Assembly: GCF_006345805.1 (NCBI RefSeq)
Contig: NW_021824109.1
Coordinates: 1 to 20,082 of the forward strand
Length of the DNA stretch: 20,082 bases
Source: Octopus sinensis
Lineage: Eukaryota
Direction: 5' to 3'
Part shown: positions 9,525-18,510 of the stretch, in pieces
Numbering within the stretch: position 1 is the first letter of the stretch
Layout: each line of letters opens with the position of its first letter
The notes under the pieces: generated by a model
Seen by the model: only the letters and a program-made list of their open reading frames with translations
Told to the model about the DNA's origin: nothing
Databases searched by the model: none
Made by a program: the position numbers and the translations under genes

Positions 9525-9640
9525 ACTGGGCTCAAATCTCATTTGCGAAGCCATGGAAAACGAACCTCCACTAACTAGTCTGCCTATATGTCTGTGCACA
9601 CCTTTCAGTGCAATGTATGCCAGAAGGTCTGCAAATCTAA
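9525..9640 (+). pseudogene. Decayed tandem C2H2 zinc-finger fragment (RTE-LINE C-terminus or ZNF remnant)
   Basis: The frame from 9525 reads [37 protein letters not shown]: the second half of one C2H2 finger followed by the first half of the next. It is cut by a SINE at 9641. Confidence 0.55.
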
Positions 9641-9791
9641 CGGCCTTTTACAGTTTCCGTCTACCAAATCCACTCACAAGGCTTTGGTCGGCCCGAGATT
9701 ATAGTAGAAGACACTTGCCCAAGATGCCACGCAGTGGGACTGAACTCGGAACCATGTGGTTGGGAAGCAAACTTCTTACCACACAGCCACG
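9641..9791 (-). mobile_element. SINE family B 5' module (CORE-like)
   Basis: Reverse complement reads GTGGTAAGAAGTTTGCTTCCCAACCACATGGTTCCGAGTTCAGTCCCACTGCGTGGCATCTTGGGCAAGTGTCTT; CTTGGGCAAGT is reminiscent of the CORE domain. Confidence 0.85.
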
Positions 9792-9862
9792 ATGAAATTA
9801 ATGAATAAAGGAAAAGATGCACAGAAAACCCCTTATTTAGTTTTTGTTTATCTTCAGAGTTA

Positions 9863-10165
9863 CTAATCAATGGTAATCATGTACAATACTATTTCATTCT
9901 TTTTAGAAACTGACAGCATGATATAACTTGAGGTATATATGTTTGAATGGATGTGTTCTTTAATAGAGTTGTGCAGTGTGCAAAGAGTGTCTCCAACATG
10001 AGATCCGCTGCATTTATTGCATGCTGTGTGGTACATGTAAGTTCGTAAACTCATATTCACATAGTAAGCCTGCTGACCAGCCGATTCCAAGACAAGCTTC
10101 TGCGACACCTTCACGGACTGTTCTACATTAGAACCCCCAGAATTTCCTACTTCTCGGCACTTCAT
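9863..10165 (-). mobile_element. Decayed Penelope-type GIY-YIG endonuclease coding remnant
   Basis: ORF segment YHTACNKCSGSHVGDTLCTLHNSIKEH (10033-9953) fits the PLE pattern Y.I.C..C...YIG.T...L..R..EH, with key residues eroded (YIG to HVG, R to S). Confidence 0.55.
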
Positions 10166-10794
10166 TTAACTAAATGATTCCATAATTGTATGGTTTTGTA
10201 TCGCTTACGTTTAAAAACGTCCCATGCACAAATTCCTTTAAATTCAAAGATCCATTACTAAACCAAGTCCTCCTACCGCGATCACACTAATATGTACAAT
10301 AGCCAAAGCAAATCTATTACATCACAAATACATGGCTAACCGTTGCTATTCAACTACTAATCGTAGTTCGAACCGAACACCTTCCACCCACACTGCCACA
10401 TCTACTTAACCGCGATTTAGAATTAATCATAACGATTTAACAATATGATTCAACTTGATATAGAAACTAACTTTTGGGCAACAGCCAGCCAACTCTGAAA
10501 CCAAATTCTACAACAATTAAATTCAGAACTTAACGCTAAGCTCTCCAGGCTTTAACATTCCGTCTTCAAAATCTTACACAAACACCCCCACCTTATTTCC
10601 TTATTTCTTTAGGTCACAATTCTTCGTCTTACAAAACCTACAGTCTAATGACATCGTATATCTCCTTCAGAAAAATAGAGGGAATTCTACGTCTAGGTAA
10701 GCACACATGTAGAGACCGCGTGATCAGCACTTAAACACTGGTACGCTACGTTACACACACACACAAAACACACACACACACATACACACACACA

Positions 10795-10833
<39 letters not shown>

Positions 10834-11250
10834 ATATATATATATACATGTGAATGTGTGTGTCTCTGTATGTGTGTGTATATGCATATGTCTGTACATC
10901 TGTCTCTGAGGAACGTATAGCAGGGTGAAATCACGTAATCTGGCAGCTCCGTTAGCCGAAGCAAGTGATTCTCGCCTGTTAACGATATAATGACGAGTGC
11001 TTTTATGCACCACGAGTCCTTGTGAAACATCCTCTCAAGCTAAATTATGCAGGATTCTATGTTCTAATACAAACTCCACGTTAAATGGGAGAGCGAGAAA
11101 ACCTTTTGAATGAATGTGTTCTTTAATGTAGTTGCATTTTCGGTTACATGTGTGTGTGTGTGTGTGTGTGAGTATGTGTGTGTATGTGTGAGTTGGTGTG
11201 TGTGTGTGTATGTGTGAGTATGTGTGTGTATGTGTGGTGTGTGTGTGCGT

Positions 11251-11640
11251 ACGTATGTTTTCTTCTATTTTTAATCATTTCAATTCTTCACCCGAAGAAA
11301 GAGCTGGTTTTCAACAATGATACAAAGTTCCATCTTTGTAATGTAGATAATGAAAAGAATGTCCCATTTGAAACCTGAGGAAAGTCTTGTCAAGCTTTAC
11401 TGTTCCGCTTACAGATTGTATCTGTAATGTGCGAATCTGTAAATTTCTTTTTCTGAAAAATCCAAGCTTATCCAGACTGACAGTTAGGCATTTACTGACA
11501 AAAGCAAGTGCACCAATTATTATTAGTATAAATGTGAATTTATAATCGGGATATAGAAGCAGGAGGTTTCAGAGCAGCTGTCCATAACGATCCTTTTTCT
11601 CCTTAATTTTCAAGGAGATAATGACGTCAGCAGGGAGGAG
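11251..11640 (-). mobile_element. RLE-type non-LTR retrotransposon 3' end (copy A)
   Basis: The minus strand reads PADVIISLKIKEKKDRYGQLL*NLLLLYPDYKFTFILIIIGALAFVSKCL...LQIQSVSGTVKLDKTFLRFQM. The 3'UTR is homologous to copy B and ends in ACATAC plus (CA)n. Confidence 0.75.
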
Positions 11641-11754
11641 CTGAATATACTGGAGGGTTCTAAACCATTCTTGGAAAATGTTGTCTTAGAATAGCACCAC
11701 ACGGGAAAAATTTATACACACGCGCACGTGCGTATATATTCGTGTGTATGTATT

Positions 11755-11809
<55 letters not shown>

Positions 11810-11819
11810 ATATTTATAT

Positions 11820-12240
11820 ACACAACTTTCCTTGGATAATGGAACTGCAACTGTAACATCCTACATATATTTTTACTTTTGTTTTTATTCTCTTATTTCA
11901 CTTTATACTTCCTATATCCATCCTTTTCCAAAATAATTCCTTATATTTAACTCTACTATTTCCCTCTAGTTAACTCTCTCATGTTATCTCTGATGAGGGG
12001 ATATCCCTAATATTCCAGAAACAGCTGTAAGATTACCTTCTCTTTATAAATGTCCTATAAATTCCACACAGCCTTGGTTTTGTCTCATTTTACTTAACAT
12101 ATACATGCTCACACAAGACTCGCATTAGATTCCCCACTCGTATTATTATCGAATCGGGAGTCTAACCACGGTCCTCTTGTAGCACTTACATAGCCTTACC
12201 TGCCATTCTGGGTCTTCTGGATACCAATACCTCTCATATG
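11820..12240 (+). mobile_element. Probable Penelope-like pLTR fragment, same family as 401-931
   Basis: HHR followed by AAGATTACCTT and GCCTTGGTTTTGT, motifs also seen at 821-895; starts after (TA)n. Boundaries are approximate. Confidence 0.5.
11986..12033 (+). ncRNA. Minimal type I hammerhead ribozyme motif
   Basis: ATCT-CTGATGA(11990-11996)-g-GGGATAT-CCCTA-ATATTCC-a-GAAAC-AGCT-GTA-AGAT. It has a 4-bp stem I, palindromic stem III ACAGCTGT and predicted GUA cleavage after 12029. Confidence 0.75.
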
Positions 12241-12334
12241 TATAAACAGTATGTGTGTGTGTGTGCGCGCGCGCGCGTGTTTGTATGTATGTATATACCC
12301 CACTCCCTCTTTCTTCCTTTCTTTCTCTCTCGCC

Positions 12335-12374
<40 letters not shown>

Positions 12375-12394
12375 ACACACACACATATATATAT

Positions 12395-12427
<33 letters not shown>

Positions 12428-12436
<9 letters not shown>

Positions 12437-12790
12437 AAAAGTGAAGAGTGAAAAAACTACAGAAGGCTTAAATGTTAAAAAATATATATATTTGCGTCAA
12501 TATGTCTGAAGAATATTAGAAAATTAAAAAAAAAATTTTTTTTCCTCTTATAATGACATAATTTAAAAGAAAGACCGGTTTCGCGTGTAGCTTTTCAAAT
12601 TTCTTGCGACGTTACAAGAAATTTGAAAAGCTACACGCGAAACCGGTCTTTCTTTTAAATTATGTCATTATAAGAGGAAAAAAAATTTTTTTAATTTTCT
12701 AATATTCTTCAGACATATTGACGCAAATATATATATTTTTTAACATTTAAGCCTTCTGTAGTTTTTTCACTCTTTACTTTTTTCTATATA
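12428..12790. repeat. Near-perfect ~363-bp spacerless palindrome
   Basis: The centre is 12610/12611. The arms differ only at 12443, at 12607-12608 and by 3 nt in the A/T tract lengths. Confidence 0.95.
12616..12654 (+). ncRNA. Minimal hammerhead motif with U3:A8-covariant core (mirror copy on minus strand at 12567-12605)
   Basis: AAGAAA-t-TTGAAAA-GC-TACAC-GC-GAAAC-CG-GTC-TTTCTT. It has a 6-bp stem I, a 2-bp stem II, palindromic stem III ACCGGT, a GUC site after 12648, and one extra U before the core. Confidence 0.55.
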
Positions 12791-12826
12791 TTCAACCACG
12801 TGTTTTCACAAACCAACTTTCTTATC

Positions 12827-12867
<41 letters not shown>

Positions 12868-12883
12868 ATGTATACATACATAC

Positions 12884-13265
12884 GTGGCACTCCGTCGGTT
12901 ACAATGACGAGGGTTCCAGTTGATCCGATCAACAGACCAGCCTGCTCGTGAAATTGACGTGCAGGTGGCTGAGCACTCCACAGACGCGTGTACCCTTAAC
13001 GTAGTTCTCGGGGAGATTCAGCGTGACACAGAGTGTGAGAAGACTGTCCCTTTGAAATACAGTTACAACAGAAACAGGAAGAAAGAGTGAGAGAAAGTTG
13101 TGGTGAATGAGTACAGCAGGGTTCACCACCAGCCCCTTCAGGAGACTCGTGGAACTTTAGGTGTTTTCGCTCAATAAACACCCACAACGCCCCGTCTGGG
13201 AATCGAAACAGCGATCCTACGATTGCGAGATCGCTGTCCTAATCACTGGGTCATTGCGCCTGCAC
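12884..13265 (-). mobile_element. tRNA-derived SINE, family D
   Basis: Colinear with 8762-9142. Confidence 0.88.
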
Positions 13266-13292
13266 TATACATACATAATACATGCTTATACA

Positions 13293-13836
13293 TGTCCAGG
13301 AAAAAATATAGAGAAACTTCCTGTTTTTGAAAACATACACAAATATCAGCACAAGGAATACTGGTGAAACATTTCCATCAGAACATCTGTCTAGTGGAAG
13401 CATAACAGGCCGGATATTGTTATTTGGGGTTGACGAGTAAATGTGTGCACCATCATAGTGGGCTGTTTTCCAGCTGACATCATTATCTCTTTGAAAATCA
13501 AAGAGGAAGACAAATTCTTCGAAACCTCCAGCTTTTATATCCAGAATATGAATTGACATTTTTACCAATAATTAATGATGCCCTTGGTTTTGTGAGTAAA
13601 TGCTTGAGTGATAACCTGTATCAGCTGGGGTTTTCAGAAATAGAAACCAACCTACTAACTCATACATTACAAATATAATCTGTAAGTGGAACTGTTAAAA
13701 TATTCAAACCTCTTCTCAAGTTTAGAATGTGATCTTGTATTTGTTATCTACATTCCGACGATGCTGTTTTGTATCTTTATTAGAAACCAGATCCTTCTTC
13801 AGAGGAAGATTTCAAATAATTAAAAACAAAAGAGAA
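13293..13836 (+). mobile_element. RLE-type non-LTR retrotransposon 3' end (copy B), decayed
   Basis: Reads ENIHKYQHKEYW*NISIRTSV*WKHNRPDIVIWG*RVNVCTIIVGCFPADIIISLKIKEED, then after a frameshift LRNLQLLYPEYELTFLPIINDALGFVSKCLSDNLYQLGFSEIE, then LQI*SVSGTVKIFKPLLKFRM*. HNRPDIV (13401-13421) is the restriction-like endonuclease PD motif. The 3'UTR runs into (ACAT)n. Confidence 0.8.
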
Positions 13837-13922
13837 ACATACATACATACATACATACATACATACATACATACATACATACATACATACATACATACAT
13901 ACATACATACATACATACATAC
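13837..13922. repeat. (ACAT)n microsatellite forming the tail of the RLE LINE copy B
   Basis: Read directly from the sequence. Confidence 0.95.
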
Positions 13923-14435
13923 AGGCGCGCGCACACACAAACAGCGTGAAATACATTTATGAAGGTGCAAAAACATTTGCATTCTGTTTTCATTGTCTTT
14001 TTTGTTTTGTTTTTCTTTTTTTTTGTTCAATAATACAGTCCTTTCTGAAAAGCCAATGTACTTCTGTGATTGGTCACATGCACGATTCCACTACGTCTGT
14101 TGAGCATGAGTTACGTGGGTTTTAAAGACCTTGTGCCCCAGAATGGCCGTAGCTCTCGAGCTGAAACAAGCAAAAGAATAAAAGAAAAAGAAAATAATAT
14201 ATATAATGTAACGTATATAGTAGATATACACACGGAACAAATTTAACAATTTTTCCGTAGATTGCAAAAAAAGGTCAAAAGCCTTAATTAACTTTTGAAC
14301 CTTATTGGGCTCTCATCCGAGGCATTTTACATCAATTTGACGAATCCCAGAGAGAGAATCAGCTAATCTGTTTATATACTCAACAAATTCAGTGTGAATT
14401 TCCTTTCGATAACCTCGGCGGTGTGGAGAGGGCAG

Positions 14436-14685
14436 GCTGGTATGCATGGGTGACTTCTGGTCTTCCATAATCTTTGCCCAGACTTGTGCCATGGAGGGTA
14501 ACTTTCTAGATACAATCCCATGGTCATTCATGACCGAAGCCTGGCTTTTCTCTTTACCCTGTGTACGTATAATAGTGTAAAGAGGAGAGCTGGTATGCAT
14601 GGGCGACTGCTGATATTCCGTAAACAACCTTGTCAGAACTTATGCCACGGAGGGGACCTTTCTTGGTACAATCCCATGGTCATTC
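14436..14685. repeat. Two diverged tandem copies (period 153 bp) of an unclassified repeat
   Basis: GCTGGTATGCATGGG.GACT.CTG...TACAATCCCATGGTCATTC occurs at 14436-14529 and 14589-14685. Confidence 0.75.
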
Positions 14686-14907
14686 GTCGCTTTAAGTCCA
14701 GTAGCTACAGGGAATTGAAGCTACTAACGTAAGTGTTAACACTTTATTCCATATCAGCTGCATGTCAATGGGGATCTCAGTTCACAGTTTAAAGGTATGT
14801 TACAATATATAGAACCTATGGAGTAGATATGTAAACGGAAAATTTAGATATTTCTTGCTGGATTGAAAAAATTATGAACAGCCTTAACTTTTGGTCTAAA
14901 GACAACA

Positions 14908-15088
14908 ATTTCAGGGGCGAGAATAGGTTGATCACATCGACCCCAGTGATTAACTCGTAATTATTTTACCGGCCCCGAAAGGATGAAAGTCGACCACGGC
15001 GGAATTTGAACTCAGAACGTAAAGACGGACGAAATGCCGCAAAGCATTTTGCCCAGCGTGCTGACGATTCTGCCGGCTCACCGCCTTA
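14908..15088 (-). mobile_element. SINE family A
   Basis: Reverse complement of family A (GGCGGAATTTGAACTCAGAACGTAAAGACGGACGAAATG). Confidence 0.85.
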
Positions 15089-15134
15089 TATTATTATTAT
15101 TATTGTTGTTGTTACTATTATTATTATTATTATC

Positions 15135-15344
15135 ATTTCAAATTTTTACCACAAGGGCAGCTTGGGTGGGGGCTGAGTTGATTACATCGACCGCCAGAGT
15201 TCAACTGGTACTTAATTATCGACACCCAAAAGATGAAAAGCACAGTCGACCTCAGCGGAATTTGAACTCAGAACGTAGCAACGGGCGAAATACCACTAAG
15301 CATTTCGTCCAGTGCGCTAACGATTCTGCCAACTTGCCGCCTTA
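15135..15344 (-). mobile_element. SINE family A, tandem to the previous copy across (TTA)n
   Basis: GTCGACCTCAGCGGAATTTGAACTCAGAACGTAGC...CGATTCTGCCAACTTGCCGCCTTA, flanked by (TTA)n/(TAA)n. Confidence 0.85.
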
Positions 15345-15434
15345 ATAATAATAATAATAATTATTATTATTATTATTATATTATTATTATTATTGTTTTT
15401 GTTGTTTTGTTGTTGTTGTTGTTGTTGTTATAAA

Positions 15435-15514
15435 CCGAAAAAACTTCACTCTATTCCGAAAGAGGGCAAAAAACCCCGAAAAAACTTCACTCTATTCTGA
15501 AAGAGAGCAAAAAA
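15435..15514. repeat. 41-bp tandem duplication
   Basis: CCGAAAAAACTTCACTCTATTC(C/T)GAAAGAG(G/A)GCAAAAAA occurs twice. Confidence 0.9.
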
Positions 15515-16187
15515 TTCGCTACTGGTCTCTTAGATACCTAGCAGATTGATCAGGTTGAAGGAAATGCGCCAACTGCTGCTGCAAAAAAAATTAAATTAAT
15601 AGCAAAGACTGCGTGCACGCACACACACACACACACGAAATGTTTATCTGTATCTCTGTCTAAAACTATACATATTTTATAGCAAACTTCGCGTTTAATG
15701 AAATTCAATAAATGTAGAGATGTTTACCTTAGTTCACGCAAAAAAACCCCAAAAAACCACAAAATCCTAAACAAAAATAAATTTCGAATATCGTCATATT
15801 GGTTCTGTGAAATTCCCTATAACAATTCAGCGCTGCGAGCACAGATCTTTTAACTACCATATTCACAATTTGTATCGCTATTTTAATATGCGATCCTGTT
15901 GTTAAAACCAGCTGAACTAGATTTTTGCAGTTCTCTTCACGCGTTGTGGTTTCATAGATGAGGGCCTCCTTATCATCATCCGATAAACCCTAAGTATCTC
16001 CTATATTAACCTCAAATCCTACATCCGGCGCCATTTGTATAAGTGTATTGCTGATTCAGAATGTTGCATCTTCTGTCATACACGCGTAGCCTTCCTTAAA
16101 CTACATTTGAACACAGTATTTTTTCAAAACTCCAGAGACACATTTAAGTAAAACTTTTCCTCATGCATCTCTACTATTTATATTACT

Positions 16188-16400
16188 TAAGACGGTCAAC
16201 TGGCAGAACTGTTGGCACGTCGGGCAAAATGCTTAGCAGCATTTCGTCCGTCTTTACGTTCTGAGTTCAAATTCCGCCGAGGTCGACTTTGCCTTTCATC
16301 CCTTCGAAGTCAATAAAATAAGTACCGGTGGAACACCGGGGTCGATATAATCGATTTACCCACTCCATCAAAATCGCTGGCCTTGTACCAAAATCTGAAA
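16188..16400 (+). mobile_element. SINE family A
   Basis: CTGGCAGAACTGTTGGCACG...GAGTTCAAATTCCGCCGAGGTCGACTTTGCCTTTCATCC. Confidence 0.85.
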
Positions 16401-16578
16401 TTAATATTTATATAACTTAAAATATATGTAATTTACTCTGAATTCTTTCACGAAATATTGTTTACCATTTGAACAGAATCGAGATTTGAAAGATGATCTG
16501 AAGTGTTGTCCAAAAGTTAAAAGGCTCCATCAAACCCTTAAGCAAATAAATCTTGTATAACCCAAGTTTCTGTTTGAT

Positions 16579-16967
16579 GTGGTCAGAAGCTTGCTTCCCA
16601 ACCACATGGTTCTGGGTTCAGTCCCAATGCGTAACACCTTGGGTAAGTGTCTTCTTCTATAGCCTCGGGCCAACCAAAGCCTTGTGGTAGACGGAAACTG
16701 AAAGAAGCCGGTCGTGTATATATATGTATATATATTTATGTGTGGGTGCCTTTGTGTCTGTGTTTGCCCCACTCCCGACTATCGCTTGACAACAGATGTT
16801 GGTATGTTTATATCCCCGAAACTTAGCGGTTCGGCTAAAGAGACCGATAGAATAAGTACGAGGCTTACAAAAAATAGTTTGTGGGGGTCGATTTCTTCTA
16901 TTAAAAGGCGGTGATCCAGCATGACCGCAGTCAAATGACTGAAACATGTAAAAGAGTAAAAGAGTAA
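16579..16967 (+). mobile_element. SINE family B composite, contiguous copy
   Basis: CORE-like 5' module (ACCTTGGGTAAGTGTCTT), a short (TA)/(TG) linker, and a 3' module ending CTGAAACATGTAAAAGAGTAAAAGAG. A decayed 3' piece is also seen at ~14130-14190. Confidence 0.85.
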
Positions 16968-17747
16968 TATCTGGCAGACAAAATTTGATGACACCTTTCA
17001 TTGTATTTGGTGTATCTTTTGCTGCTTCATACCTAGATGTTTTTTCTTGCCTCATTTGGGATAAACGTTGTAAATAGAAAGCTACTTCCAAAATAGCCCA
17101 TCTTTGTCTACTGAATTTAGTGGATATTTACCTCTTTGTTTAATACTCTTCAACCGTATAGGGAATTCCGATGCCGCCTGGATGCAGTACTTGCCGATTT
17201 GGGAGTTATCCGAATACTATGGTAATCAAATAGTTTCTTGAACTTCTCGAACATCCAAATGTTTAAGTAACTTATTCAACTTGTTAATGTTCAACTGTTT
17301 AAATAGATTTAACAAGTTCTGATGGGTAATGGCTTAGAAGAGTAGCAAGTTAATTTGTGACATATTCTCTATCCGAAAACTTGATATTTTTAATATATTT
17401 TCCATAATTTTACTGCGTATCTGTCTTATTTTATAACCATTAAACTCTTTGGGATTTTTCATGGTAGCTTTTGTTCTGTGAAATTGATTTATTATGCTTT
17501 TTTTTTTTAAGTTGACAATCTGAATCTTAATAGTACCACAAGAAAGTTTTGTTGTTATTCCCTATCTCGTTTTAAAATCTTTATCTTGGTAGCTAGTGAC
17601 GTTGTTTAACGCTCACCTGACACACAGATAGGAAAATAAGAATTTTTTAAAATCAAATTTTTTAATTGCGGCACAAATAATATGATATAACACGAGAAAA
17701 CACTTCAGAGCGTAAAATTACACCAAGCGTGACCGGTTATTTATTTC

Positions 17748-17834
<87 letters not shown>

Positions 17835-17835
17835 T
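17748..17835. repeat. (CTTT)n microsatellite
   Basis: Read directly from the sequence. Confidence 0.95.
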
Positions 17836-18009
17836 TTGCGCGCGAGCAAAGCACCGAGATAGTCCCTTATACGGAAGTTAAAACTCATGCGTAAAATTCT
17901 GGGAGTTGCCAATGTTTTTAGCGACGGCGGTTTCGTGAGTTATGCTGTAATAACTACAATATTAAGCTATGCTAAAGCGAAAAGAGGCGGTGTAAAGACT
18001 AGGTACCTG

Positions 18010-18325
18010 TATGTGCGTTTGTGTGTGTGTGTATGTGTGTGTGTATGCGTGAGTGTATATACATACATACATACATACATACATACATACATACATACAT
18101 TCATACATACATACATTCATACATACATACATACATACATACATACATGTATGTATGTATACATACATGTATGTATGTGTATATATATATACACACACAC
18201 ATATATATACATATGCGTGTGTGTGTATGTCTGCATGTACGTATGCATATAGGAATATATTGTATCTATCTATTTATCTATCTACCCTATTATAGTGTGT
18301 GTGGTGTGTTCGTGCGTGTATAATC

Positions 18326-18366
<41 letters not shown>

Positions 18367-18371
18367 ATATG

Positions 18372-18426
<55 letters not shown>

Positions 18427-18465
18427 TTTATATATATTATGTATATATTATACATACATATATGT

Positions 18466-18510
<45 letters not shown>
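18010..18510. repeat. Compound (TG)n/(CATA)n/(TA)n microsatellites
   Basis: Read directly from the sequence. Confidence 0.95.

Noticed and set aside
10902-10940. CTGAGGA...GAAAT-CAC-GTA hammerhead-like spacing
   Set aside because: Stem I has 1 bp and stem II 2 bp, which is compatible with chance.
13251-13568. 105-aa minus-strand ORF that looked like a host exon
   Set aside because: It is the antisense frame of the plus-strand RLE LINE remnant.
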